Assembly (NCBI GenBank): GCA_951406725.2
Contig: OX597832.1
Location: 57,846,001 to 57,910,000, forward strand
Source of the DNA: Octopus vulgaris
Lineage: Eukaryota
Direction of reading: 5' to 3'
DNA: 64,000 bases
Positions 25,215-39,238 of this stretch are shown here, piece after piece. A program made the translations under genes and the position numbers. Below the pieces are notes generated by a model. That model made no database searches. It was given only the letters and a program-made list of their open reading frames with translations, and was not told the origin of the DNA. Each line of letters opens with the position of its first letter. Within the stretch, counting starts at the first letter, position 1.

Positions 25215-25644
25215 ACTATGACTACGAATATAGATTATTTGTACATTCCTCTGGTGATTTCGTTGAGGTCCATGCTTCGTTGTGGAGATCATAAGTGTAA
25301 AACATATCCAGAATTCCCTCCTCCCCGACCAAAATAATTGAATTCTGTTAATGGCACAAAAACACGGGTTTTAGGAAGAGGGCTATTGTTGATTAAATCA
25401 TTTCTAATGCATAAATGATAGTGAATCTAATTTACTCCACTTCCAGGTAACAAAAGCAAAGTTTATCCCATAATTATTTCTAGTTAAGATATTAGGTTAA
25501 ATGAGTTTTACAAAACGAGTTTCAGTCTGTAAGTTACGAGTAGTTAAATTTTCGAGTCTTGTCTAAAATGTTAATTTTTTTTTTTTTTTCTTTTAATACT
25601 TTTTTCTTTAATAGATTTTTTCTTTTAATAGCCTACAAACCAGC

Positions 25645-25776
25645 CACAATTTTGCAAATTTCATTCACTTCTGACCATCACAATTTTTCAGATTTCATTC
25701 ATCTTTGACCATCACAATTTTGCAAATTCTATTCACTTTTGACTGTCACAATTTTTCAAATTTTACTGACTTCACC
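25645..25776. repeat. 34-bp minisatellite x~4
   Basis: CACAATTTT starts at 25645, 25679, 25713 and 25747. Confidence 0.9.
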
Positions 25777-27131
25777 GTTTTCATGATTATCATCTCTAAA
25801 TTCTACAGATTCTTCAGATGATGGTGTTGATAGTGATGTTTAACTGCTTACTCCCAAGTCAAGCTGTGATCAAAAGCATTCCAGCCACGATCATCTCGTC
25901 CTTCTTCTTAAAAACAGTGTATTTTAGTCTACATTATTCAATATATCTTTCCCTGTGGTGTGATTTAAGGGAGAATTGGCTGATGTGTTTTGTAAAGTCG
26001 GTTTACTGCACAGTAGCTTACTTGCCTGTTCAGTCTTTGATTAAATACCGATTATCAGCCGCCAGTCAGGCATAATAAAAGGCTTACATGAGATCAGAGA
26101 CCTGCTAACTTTTCTTTAAACTAAATTATTAAAATAAGAAAGAATTTGGAAAGGAATGAGCAAATTTTTGAGAAAACTTTCACGAAAAAGTTTGTTGACA
26201 AAATCATTAGTCAGTGCGTCTGGCACCTTTGACTCTGCCTACTGTGAAGGAGGCATAACGTGTGTGTGTGTGTGTGTGTGTGACTGGGTTCACGTGTGTG
26301 TACGAATGTTGCAGGGAATCGCTTTCACACTTCACCCGCTTAAACCTTCACCAACCATATTGCATTTCACACACCGAGACGTCTTGCCTTGATGACATAG
26401 TCGCATATTTGTTCTTGTTAGTTATCTAAATACCTCTAAGGAAGTTATCTTCTCTCTGTCTCTGTGTCTGCATCTGTGTGTATGTGTGTGTTGATGAGTG
26501 TGTGTATGTGTGTGCATGTGTGTGTGTAATGGTGATGCTGGGAGTGGCGTTGCCTACCTCTGCCTCTTAATTCAACAGTAAACAGCTGGAATGTACAGTA
26601 AAATTAATTACAATAAACTAAAATAAATAAATCACTAACAAATAATTTTTTTTCTTCAAATTAATGAAGGCATCTTCTGCTGAACTTGTGGAGTAGATAT
26701 CGCCCATCGCCTTTGCAATTCCAAGTTTCTTTCCTTTTTTTTCTATTTTTTCTCACTCAGTAGGGTGTCTGTGTATTTCCTTTGACGACTGCAACGACGA
26801 GAGCTACAAATCTTCAATGATTTGAACATTTCTCAATTAGCTTGTTCTTTTTAGCTCCCCTAGGGATATTTTAACTTATTTCCTTTCTCACTTGGATCAC
26901 TTATCTCCCTTTTCTTACTCACTCACTAAACCACACACACATACACACAGGCATACATACATACACACACATCATCTCTATCTTCATCATATCTCATTCT
27001 ATTTCGATTTTCTATTTTACTTTTTTTCCCCCTTCACAATTCTTATAATTATTCTATGTTGACAGAAAAACCCAATTTCACAAAATTACATTCCATGCCT
27101 CTATTATGTCTCTTCGTGTTTCCAGAATGGC

Positions 27132-27174
<43 letters not shown>

Positions 27175-27765
27175 ATTTGTAGGGGTTTTCATGTAGGCTG
27201 GAATAGGGGTTAGATTAACAATATCTCTGGAGGATTGGCATCCCTGTATGATTACCATCAATAGCTCACAGACTCGACTCACTTTTAACGTGATCCCCCC
27301 TCCTTTACTGATATTTGTTATTTACGAAATAAAACAATAGCAAAAAATTTATGTAAATAGATATAGAAATATATTTCCTCTTGGAACATAAAGAAAAAAA
27401 AAAAGAATGGTTACCAAATCTCAAATCTAAGTACCTTTAACTTTCATTACTATCTTCTTTCCTTTCATTTCTAACTTTTTTGCCTCCGTCTTCCCATTTT
27501 TTATTATATTTCTTCTGTATTTATATTTACAGAAAGTTGATATAGTTGGTATTTGAGGGTCGTCTTTGTCTTCTCTATTTGTCATTCCTACTACCCTCTA
27601 TCCACTCCCTCCCCCGCTCGTTTCACCACCTTTATTTTTCAGTCTTTTTTGTAGTAGTGTAGTAGTGGTAATAAATAGCAACAAAGCCGCACTTCACTGA
27701 TATGATAAATTAGTTCTTGAGTGCCAGAGTTCGAAAACGGAACATATCTATGTGTATTTGTGTTT

Positions 27766-30056
27766 GTGTGTGTGTGATATTTGTAATATTCCAAATGTGT
27801 CCGAACCACGTATTATTGAAACGACCGTAATGAAGGAATGAATATAATATCATAACCTCCATTTTTGGACTTACTTTGTGTGTATGTGTGTGTGTATGTG
27901 TGTGTGCGTGCATGCGTGATTGATTGAAGGCGCGTAGCTTAGTAGCTAGGGTATTCAGTTCACAGTCATAAGGCTTCATGGTCATGGGGGGCCCCAACTG
28001 ATGTCTGTTATTTTCTTTGACCCTTCCTTTTTGCTGCTGTTGGTATTGAGGTTTTGAAACTATCTTGTTACTGAGGCTAATTAATTCTCCCAACCCACAA
28101 TGATTAAAATAAAGAATAAACTGTTATGACGTGGGTATAAACGTCTGGTGTAAAATGGTATTAAACAAAGAAGTAGTTGGTTGTGATTATCTAAAAGTAA
28201 CCTATCGCAGAAAATATGTGTTAACACAGAACGCACTCTGTGCTTTTCGAACGTAGGTACTATGATACTCAGCATTCATTGTTCAGCTACCGACTGTTAA
28301 ACCAACACACATCGAACTAACACGGTAAACCAACACGGTTGAACTAACACCGCCAACTATCCACTTGGCAGTTCACAATTCTTATTTAATAAATCTCTGA
28401 ACGAGGTATAAACAGTAACTGCACGACAATGTGAGGTATACTTGCCATCTCAATATGGCTAACCACTAAGGGTGGGTGTTACTGTAGCTTGTAGCCCCAG
28501 GAGAACATCGTCTCCAGCTGGCTTAAGGCACACTTTCTGTGCCCTTATGGTATTTGAAAAGGGAGGTCATCCCTCCCTCGTCAACCTAAGTGATATGCAC
28601 GGACTGCAGTTTCTAGGTATTGAACTGTCTTCAGCGTACGACAAGCACCGGTTTTCGATGAAGGGAGTCCCAATGCAAATCCTTATATCATTTTTCCGAT
28701 CTCGAAAAACTGTATGCAAGCAATAATAAATCTCTGAACGAGATGTAAACAGTAACTGCACGACAGTTACTGTTATTGAGATGGCAAGTATACCTCACAA
28801 ATTCTTATTTAGTTATTTCTAAAAACTATTATTGCTATGATTTGTTTAGACATTATGTTCGGTATTTGAAATTTGATCTTTGGACGTGTACGCCATCAAT
28901 CATGCTAAGTAATGGCGCATGGCCAGGCTGCTACACCAGTGGTCAGGCTGCTGCACTAGTCCACTCGGCAGCCAAAGAATAACCATGCGATGGATTGGCA
29001 TTTCATCCAGAGAGAGCGTTGTGATCTCGGTCACTCGTATGCCATGTAAACCAGATAAGTAGCCCTGTAAGTCCTAGGACCCAAGACAGAAGTTCATACT
29101 ACAATTAAGTTGGTCCACTTTCAGGATCCTCCCACAACATGAACTATGATGGACTAGTGTCGTATGCAGGTGGAAGAAACTGTTAAGTACTATAGAATTA
29201 AGCTGCATTGATTATTGGTGGTGGTGGGTTGGTTAAAAGTATTAACTGGTGTTAACATATAATTGATTCAAATTTTGGCAGAGGTTAAACAATTTTAGTG
29301 GAGGAGGGTTTGTCGATCACATCAATACCAGAACTTGACTACAAATTTATCTTATCGACTCCGAAAAGATGAAAGGCTAAGTTGTTCTCGGCGAGATTTG
29401 AAATCAGAACGTGAAGAGCCTAAGAACTGTTGCCAAGCATCTCGTCCGATGCGCTTACGATTCTGCCAGCTCGTATATGTTGTAACAGAGCACTGTGAAA
29501 TTCATGAGTGTTTGGTTGACTTGCAGCATCACCGTCCCATCAGTAGATTGAGCGATACAGAAAGTAGAGATAAATTCCGGTTATATGATTACTAATAATT
29601 CTGAATATAATTAAGTTGTAATTAAGAGAAGAAAGCGATTGCATCATTAAATGTTGTTATTGAGCAGCAGTGGCGGACTGTCCATGTTGCCAGCTTGCCC
29701 GATGGCAAGTGGGCCCATGTGCCATTAGAATCCATACAGGGGGGCCCATGTTAGTATTTAGGGGCTCATCCCTTCAAGTTTGAGATTTTTGTATTCACTC
29801 CTGGAAGAATGTATTATTTCGGCTTGGCTGTGTTTGAAGACAGTTAAAAAAAAAATTATATGATAGGCTTAGGAGTGGCTGTGTGGTAAGTAGCTTGCTT
29901 CCCAACCACATGGTTCCGGGTTCAGTCCCACTGCGTGGCACCTTGGGCAAGTGTCATCTACTATAGCCTCGGGCCGACCAAAGCCTTGTGAGTGGATTTG
30001 GTAGACTGAAACTGAAAGAAGCCCATCGTATATATATATATGTATGTATGTATGTA

Positions 30057-30089
<33 letters not shown>

Positions 30090-30768
30090 GTATGTATGTG
30101 TGTGTATATGTTTATGTGCCTGTGTTTATCCCCCCTCCCCAACATCATTTGACAACTGATGCTGGTGTGTTTACGTTCTCGTAAATTAGCGGTTCGGCAA
30201 AAGAAACCGATAGAATAAGTACTAAGCTTACAAAAGAATAAGTCCTGGAATCGATTTGCTCGACTAAAAGGCGGTGCTCCAGCATGGCCACAGTCAAATG
30301 AATGAAACAAGTAAAAGGGATAACATTGTAGTTGCGGGTGAATGCGGACTGGCTCTAAAAATATTGGTTGCCCTTGTAGTTACATCTTCTGGCAACCAAT
30401 ATCTTTTGACCCTCTCCGCCACGGGTGAGCAGTGTCTGTCAGAAACTTACTTGCTTCAAGACTCAACGTCAAGTACACTGCCAGAACATTTCTTCTATGA
30501 AAGAAACATTTACGATATACCATAAGTTGTATCATTTACAATATGTCGAAAGATATCATCGATGGCATTACATACAAATTCGTTATTGGCAATATGGCTA
30601 ATAAAGAATTCAATCAATCACGCATGCACGCCCACCCCCCACACACATACAAACACAAAATAAGTCCAAAAATGGAGGTTGTGATATTATATTCATTCCT
30701 TCATTACGATCGTTTCAATAATACGTGGTTCGGACACATTTGGAATATTACAAATATCACGCACACAC
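27766..30768. repeat. Pair of ~160-bp inverted copies (27766-27928 and 30609-30768)
   Basis: GTGATATTTGTAATATTCCAAATGTGTCCGAACCACG...GCATGCGTGATTGATTGAA and its reverse complement. Confidence 0.9.
29668..30424. mobile_element. hAT-type MITE containing a nested SINE A (29863-30318)
   Basis: TIRs CAGTGGCGGA / TCCGCCACGG; 8-bp TSD TTGAGCAG / GTGAGCAG (7 of 8 match); subterminal GTTGCCAG / CTGGCAAC. Confidence 0.7.
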
Positions 30769-31087
30769 CCAATCTTTCAGTAATCAGCAACTCAAGTGAT
30801 TCGTTAACCACTGTTTTTCTGTATCAACAGAAACTACATTTGTCTATAGTGGCTAAATGCTTCCGATGATGCGGGAAGACGTCGAAATCTAGATTTAACA
30901 ATTCCACCACCGCTGCTGGACATTTGTCATCTGCTACTAATATAACTATGAGTCTATATGAGATGCTCCCTTGAAACAAATATCATCGCTTTGTGGCTTT
31001 TTACAAGCTTTCTTAACGTTAAGTAAGATACACATAATGCTATTATATAGCGTTTTCATTAGATACAGAATATGTCAGTCAGGTTAT

Positions 31088-31482
<395 letters not shown>

Positions 31483-32601
31483 GTCGGTCGATATCATAGG
31501 TAGTATCATACATATAGAGTATGTTAGTCGATATCAGTTAAATAAACGCCAGAAAGACAGCTCCAACAATGAAAAGGAAGTTAGAAATATGAAAGGAGAC
31601 AATAAAAACATGGAATGGAATATGAATGAGAAATACGAAAGAAAAGAATTTTTACTTCGATATTGGGCTAGACATTTGAGTAAAGATAAGCAGTGAATAG
31701 CAAAGGCTTCTTTGAGATATTTCTAACAAGAGAGGGGAAAGAAGAGGAAGAAGACTAGATGCATAAAATTAGTGACACGTGGAAAATTGAGATTGTTAGT
31801 TATAGTAAAGTGAACAGGAGAGAACGAGACGTAAATTTAAAAATCGCGAATTGAATTAGAAAAAATTTCAAAAGAATACACTTTTTTTTTTCCTATTTTT
31901 ATTAATTATTTATTTTTCTCATTATTGATTTCAATGATGTTTCCAATTTAATTTGGAATATTGCAGAATGGAAATCTTTTGAAAAGCAATTCATAAAATT
32001 GACATTTTTATTTTCTGTGAAATGTTTGAAGTTGAAAGCGTTAGAAGTATTCAGTCCGTTTGCTAAATGTTTGTTTGCCTTAGATACACCGTTTTAATAA
32101 GAAAAACTGGATGCATTGGCTTACATGTTCATGGATGAATAGTTCAAAATCAACCATTAAGGTTTCGTAGAACTTATGAACAGAACATTTTATTCTTCAT
32201 TCAAAATCACACAAAAACTGCTAACTTCACTTAAATCTTTATTACTTAGTTTCAAAAACTTTTCGCTGCACCAATTGCGACCTGGTCACTCGAGCGGTTA
32301 CACTGTATCCCAAAACGTCAGGTTGCAATTAGCGAGACGAAGATTCTGACACAAAATAGTAAATATGTTGTGTTTTTGTATGGCTAACATGCGTCTTCCA
32401 CGCTCTAATTGTTTTAGTTTTAACACGCGGTATCATCTCAAATCACTTGCCTAACAAATACGCCACCGAAATTTTATACTTTGTTGCTTTAGTTCATATC
32501 ACAGCTGGAAATAGTTGCCAGATCCTTGCATCCACCAACTGTCTCAGTTCACCTGCTTATTGAAGGAGGCGTCAGTTGATCTAACAATATTAACTGTGGT
32601 A

Positions 32602-32824
32602 CAATTCTACATTTAAGAGATGAGGAATTATGTACATTGTTTACTTTTGACGGATATTTGTTCTCATCATGTTTGTTGTTAACACAACGTTTCGAAAAAT
32701 ACCATAGGAATGAGAACCCAGGTTTGAAATTTCCCCAAGACACCTGATACAGGCTGGAGGGTATATCAGCCGAAACGTATTAACATTAAAGAAGATGAGG
32801 ACAAATATCCGTCAAATGTAAATA
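32602..32824. mobile_element. Short PLE-like insertion with inverted pLTR pieces, a decayed hammerhead and a 13-bp TSD
   Basis: TSD ATTAACTGTGGTA (32589-32601 and 32825-32837); inverted repeat 32636-32693 vs 32771-32826; ACAC CUGAUAC A GGCUG-GAGGGUAUAU-CAGCC GAAAC GUA at 32740-32779. Confidence 0.8.
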
Positions 32825-34828
32825 ATTAACTGTGGTAGACTGATAACTGCCGTAGCCAAGGGAAGATTTATGTCTCCTCTCAGGAATAGCTACCAAAGGT
32901 TCTGAGCAGACCACCAAATCGCCTTATGATAAACTGGGTGGCCGATCCCGGTGGAGGAAACTCATCTGCTTAATTCCTTGGAATTAAGTATCACTGGGGT
33001 TTTCGAAGCATTTTCATAAATTTGCCCTAGACATCCATGCTTGCTTTCAGACCTCTAGTCTTTGTTTCTTATGTTCCGTGAAATATAAAGCCTTCCTTTC
33101 ATAAGCCCCAAATTACTCTGGTGGTTGAGACAAAAAAAAAAAGAAAAAGAAATGGGAATGAGTATCATATGCAAAAACCCCAACTGTGAAAGTTTTTTTT
33201 CCTTTTGTATATCAATAACGGTACTGTTCCACGTCATTTTTTTTTTATAAAGGGCGATCGAATGCGATCTGAGTGAAATTTGGCGGCCATTTTTCTCAGA
33301 TCGAGCAAACTGGTATTGCTTTCTCTGCTGGCTAATTTATCTTTTATGAACCTTCCCGCCCACTTTCCCAAAGGGAAAATTGAAATCCGTTAGTTTGCAA
33401 ACATTGAGCAAAAATCATTGAAAAATCTTCGATGGGTATTTCGTAATTGTTTCAATATGTTCCACGGCAATTCTATGATGGCGAAATATTTCAATAAAAG
33501 TTGAAGGATGAATAAGTCTACTTAACTAATAAACATCGATGAGTAGGCGTTAGAAAGGAGATCGAACTACAAAGGGTTTACGCTAATAACTTTAGTTGCA
33601 TCATACCTCCACCGTCCCCCGCCTGTGACTGCTCTATCTCTGACCGTTTCGAGAGTAATTTACTTTAGAATGAAAGCGTTTCGCTATAAAACAATCGAAG
33701 AGGGAGCTATTATATAAGAACAATAGTAAATGCAAACTGGCATGACCTTGTATTACCTTATTTAATGATTATTACGACAATTACAGTTTATGAATTAGGA
33801 TAATCATATGATTCTGTTGGGCTAATACTCCTGATATATCGACTGTTAACATTTATTAGCAATAATTCTTTTTATGGCAGTTAACGGAGCTGTGGCGAGC
33901 GCCGTAGAGTACGTGAGGCAAGCTCCTGGCGAAACAAAACCTATCATCTTGTTGTTATTGTTGTTGTTCTTCTTCCAGTCAGGACTCACGCCATTAGCCA
34001 CAAAGAATAATCTCTAATTCGAACCTACTCTAAGCTACTAAGAATGCATGTGGCAACTTGAAGATCCACCCACCACACGTGATAGACTGGCGGTTGTACG
34101 GGCGCGAAAGTTACGTTGTTATCCTAATTCCGTAAACGGTGGCTTTTAACGGATGGAGAGCTGAACCATCCTGGGGTTCAACACTACTATACTCTTATAG
34201 TTTACTCTTTAGATATTTTGGAAATACTTTTTGATCATCCTTCGCTGATAGGGTCGAATAAGGCCGAAACATGTTAGAGCCAGATTGACTTCCCACTCAA
34301 TTTTATTATGAATTTTAATTATTGTAAATTTTAGGGTTCTTACCCAGCATTTTTAAATAAACATTTCTCCATCATTAACGGTTGTCCTCTCCTGGACCCG
34401 CTTCGAGATTTTGGGAGACATATCATTTTTACTCACGCTTCATGCTTTCCATAACAAAGTGCAAGCTTATTGCTAGGTGTTTCGGCGTTTAGGAGAAACT
34501 GCAATATATTTGACGAACGGACCCCTCTACCTAAGATCCGAACGCATCTCTTGATAATCGGTGCGTCAGACGAAATGGTATGATTATTCTTTCGAACCCT
34601 TTTCATACTGTAGTTTATGGTGATATCATTTGTTCCAGGCATCAAGTTAGTATTTATATCTGACCCGAGAAATTCATAAGAATAATTATCTCATTATTAA
34701 CATTTTAATTAATTGATACTCTGTCCGCTCCGTCGACGAGGGTTCCAGTTGATCAGATCAACAGAAAAACCCGCTCGTGAAATTAACGTGCAAGTGGAGG
34801 AGCACTCAACGGTGCGTGTACCCTTAAT

Positions 34829-35095
34829 CGGGGTCGTGGAGTCGGAGTCGGAAACAATTAAGGGAGAGTCGGAGTCAGTATAGTTTTACCGACAATATCT
34901 TTATTCTTTAATATAAACCAGTTGTAATATAAACCAGTTATAACATGTAGGTCTACTCAAAGTACAAGCGTATGCATATGCTTTATGGGATATGTAGACA
35001 AGAATCACTTGATTACATAAAGAAGAGTCGGAGCCGGAGGTGCCAATAGTAGAGGAGTCAGAGTCGTAGCTTTCTGTTTCGACTCCACAGACCTG
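34829..35095. mobile_element. hAT-type MITE with GGAGTC subterminal repeats, inserted in a SINE C
   Basis: Perfect 8-bp TSD CCCTTAAT (34821-34828 and 35096-35103); TIRs CGGGGTCGTGGAGTCG / CGACTCCACAGACCTG; the SINE C sequence resumes exactly after the TSD. Confidence 0.9.
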
Positions 35096-36270
35096 CCCTT
35101 AATGTAGTTCTCAGGAAGATTCAGCGTGACACAGAGTGTGACAAAGCTGGCTCTTTCGAAATACAGGTATCACTCATTTTTGCCAGCTGAGTAGACTGGA
35201 GCAATGTGAAATAAAGTGTCTTGCTCAAGGACGTAACGCATCGCTGGGAATTGAACTCACGACCTTATGACTGAAAGCCGAGTGTCCTAACCTCCAAGCC
35301 ACGAGCCTTCTCAGATTTAATTAACATTTCTAAGTTCTGTACTCTAAGTACCTTTTAACCTATCTTATTAACAACTAAGCAAAGACTATATTATCCAATG
35401 TGTCCTTAAAAAAGAAACAGACAATAGCATACTGAACTATTAATGAGGATACATTGTTCGTTTCTATCCCAGGCTGAAGGAGTTTCACTTCCCATACAAC
35501 TTTATTTTCCTTGGAAGAGTGGGGAATGTGGGAGCTAACGCCTAAAAATAATCAGTACGAAACGATCGTCTGCATGAAATAAAATTTCCTTATATGTTTT
35601 AACGACTTGTCTTCTTCATTTTTAACAAAATTGTTGAGTTTTATGGGATTTCGTTCCATAAATTCACTACGCATCATATACAAGTATTACTTTCATATCT
35701 TCGCAAATTTACGCCTGTAAACTACCAGCAAAATATGAAGAATCAGCATTAGAAACCTTTCTTGGAAGCCTCCATACTAAGGGACGAATCTACATTCAAC
35801 CTTTTTACACATACACACACATCGTCAATGTATCGTATATCCGAAAGAGAAGCATACTCTTAAGCATAGAACAGTAATAAAGGTAATTGATTCCCCCACC
35901 GTTTTGGCCAACAAAAAACTGGTCTGAGGGAGAAAACCCGTCCTTGCTGATTTCGGAATATTTATTCTTCCGTGGCAATTGACCAAATGACCGTGACAGA
36001 TTCCTGCCTCCCAGAGGTGAAGAATTACATTTGTTTTCGGTTTTAGAATCTGACGAGACATCCGCGAGGCTAAGGCCTTTGTGAATACGAAACCATTGGT
36101 CGCTCCCCCCTCTCTCTCTTTCTCTCTCTCTATATATATACAGCCCCTATGAGGATATTTAGACCTCTTACAGGGATATTTTAATCCAAGATACACTGGT
36201 TTGAGATATTGTATTTTGAGGAGATATTTCTTCAATGAATATATAAAATATAAAATATCATAAAATACCA

Positions 36271-36676
36271 AAAATTATTAAGTTTGAAAACGGCGAAATA
36301 CAATAGATACAAATTTATCGATTAATTAACATCTTCACCTACAATTGATTCATTTCGCATCCAAAACATATATAAATATATAAACTTGCATTTCAAAATA
36401 CCTTGGGTGGAAAAATCATCAGAGCATGAAAAGGGACAATACAAGGATTACACTACGCTCTGTTGGAATACTCCAAGGTACTAAAGAACCTGGAGTATTC
36501 CGACAGATTGTAGTGTAATCCTTGTATTGTCCTTTTTCATGCTCTGATGATTTTTCCATATATTTATATATGTTTTGTAGTTTAAATTGGATGCGAAATG
36601 ATACAATTGTTGGTGAAGATGTTAATAAATTAATGGGTATTCATTGCATCTCTACGTTTTCAAACTTAATAATTTT
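36271..36676. repeat. Imperfect ~400-bp fold-back containing CUGAUGA cores (PLE-like)
   Basis: AAAATTATTAAGTTTGAAAACG / CGTTTTCAAACTTAATAATTTT; inner arms near-perfect around a loop at ~36480-36487; right end abuts (TA)n. Confidence 0.85.
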
Positions 36677-36971
36677 ATATATATATATATATATAGTGAA
36701 GGCACATGACTCAGTGGTTAGAGTATCTAGCTTACTATCGTGAGGTTGTGATTTCGATTCCCGGACTGCATGTTGTGTTCTTGAGCAAGACACTTTATTT
36801 CACGTTGCCCGACGTCACTGGTAGCAAGCTGTATGGGCCTTTCCCTTGGATAACATCGGTATGTATGGGTGACTACTGTTCTTCCATAGGCGGCCTTGCC
36901 CAGACTTGTGCCTTGGAGGGGAACTTTCTAGATGCAAACCCATGGTTATTCATGACCGAAGGAGGACATCC

Positions 36972-37013
<42 letters not shown>

Positions 37014-37813
37014 AAAATTAAAAAAAATATACAAACTGGAACAAGAACGTGAAACAATTAGAAGACGACAGAAAAAATACGGACGGGACATTCGAAGCCT
37101 TCAATCTTCAGTCAAGAACCGGATCATCTTCGCAATTTCGCCTGATTAATCTTGAGATTGCTCCGACCTGGGCAGCCCCAAAGGAAAATCTAAGCCAAGC
37201 GCATTAGATTCCTTGGAAGAAAGCCTCGAATGTATACAAAACAAGGACGGAAAACGGACGATGTTACACGAATAAAAATACAAAAATACGTAAAAACAAT
37301 AATGATAATAATAACAACAAAACCAGGACGTGAAGGACAAGCGTCCGCAAGTACAACGTATATGCTGGCCTGTAAGATGCACTTTCTTTTCTAGAAAAAA
37401 GAAAATTGCCTGCAAAAATCACCCCGGTTCCTATAGGCAAAGATAGGCCTATAGCACATGCATTCGAGCATCTAAAGCATTTCTTTACCTGAATTTGCAT
37501 TGCTGAAATTGGGGTGCGTCTAATACGCCGGTGCAGATTTTTATGCGATCAAATACAGTACATAGAGCATACGTCACAAGGTTTTCTCTATATCATCTAT
37601 TATTTTTTTTCTAAGATGAGAATTTGGAACATTCATGCATTTCCCGAGGGCGTAAACAGCATTAAGTAAAGTACAATGGCCTTAACTGACAATCGAAACA
37701 AGCTCGCGAGATTTAATTCACCCAAAGATTAAATACAAAAGTGTATATACGTAGAACAGACGTCACAAATTTTCTTTATATTATTATTACCTATAATATA
37801 CATACATATACGT

Positions 37814-37875
<62 letters not shown>

Positions 37876-38469
37876 ATTTTTTAAAGACCACCATTAAGTA
37901 AAGTCTCTGAAATACTCCTTTTGCTATAAACATTTAACAGATCAAGAGAAGTTTTCCTATGTTTGATGAACTATCCTCCAGACTCCCAGGTGGCGCTCAC
38001 AAACGAAATTCTTTCCTTTGAATGCAGCAGACTTATTTAGCATTTAGGCAATCGATATTTTTCCGATGAAGTTCTGTTTAAAAGGGAAGGAAAAGATATC
38101 ATTTGAAGCCAATCCCCTGATATTAGTTCGACACGACGGTTTAGCTTTGATATGAGAAAGTTGACACAAACAAGTAATTCTATGTTCTGACATCATCTGA
38201 GATAACTTTACATTTATTTCTGTTACGAAGAATTGATAAATATAATGTACTTGATAATGTTTTGATAGACATAAAGCTATATCGTAAAGGCTGAGTTGTT
38301 GAATGGGCGCTTGTTTATCACACACACACACATACACACATTATATATATGTATATATATGTATATATATATACGCACACAGACGATATTCAGTGGTTGT
38401 TTAATGTAAATTATTTGTTAAATATAAGCTGTAATTGCTATGGAGGTGTAGGTCAATGTATATTGACAT

Positions 38470-38520
38470 TCAACATACACACATACATACATACATACAT
38501 ACATACATACATACATACAT

Positions 38521-38553
<33 letters not shown>

Positions 38554-39206
38554 GACGCGTGAATATACTATATCGCGGCACAAAAATATACGCACACATG
38601 CATACACACACACACGCACATATACTCACACACACGTCTATACACACACATACATAAATACGCACACGCACACATATATACACGCACTCATACGTACACA
38701 CACTCATACGTACACAAACATATATACACGCACACATGCATATATACACACATACACGCACACATATATAAACGCACGAACATATACACGCATACATATG
38801 TACACATATACATGCACACACATATATACACATATATACACGCACACATATACACACACTTATTACACGCACACACATAGACGCACACATACATATATAC
38901 AAATATACACGCTCACACACATATACACACATATACAAGCTCACGCATACATATACACAAACATATACACGCTCACACATACATATACACAAACATATAC
39001 ATGTACACACACATCTATACACGCACACATACATATACACACAAACACATATACACGAAAACATACACGAACACATACATATATACACAAACACATACAT
39101 ATATACACAAACACATACTTATATACACAAACACATACTTATATACCCACATATATACACATACATATATACACATACATATATACACATACATATATAC
39201 ACGCAT

Positions 39207-39238
<32 letters not shown>

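Noticed and set aside
26761-26826. Possible exon after a strong polypyrimidine acceptor
   Set aside because: The short frame ends in a stop, the peptide is unrecognisable, and there is no partner exon.
32200-32385. Faint inverted repeat (AATTGCGACCTG / CAGGTTGCAATT) as another ribozyme fold-back
   Set aside because: Too decayed to define arms or a core.
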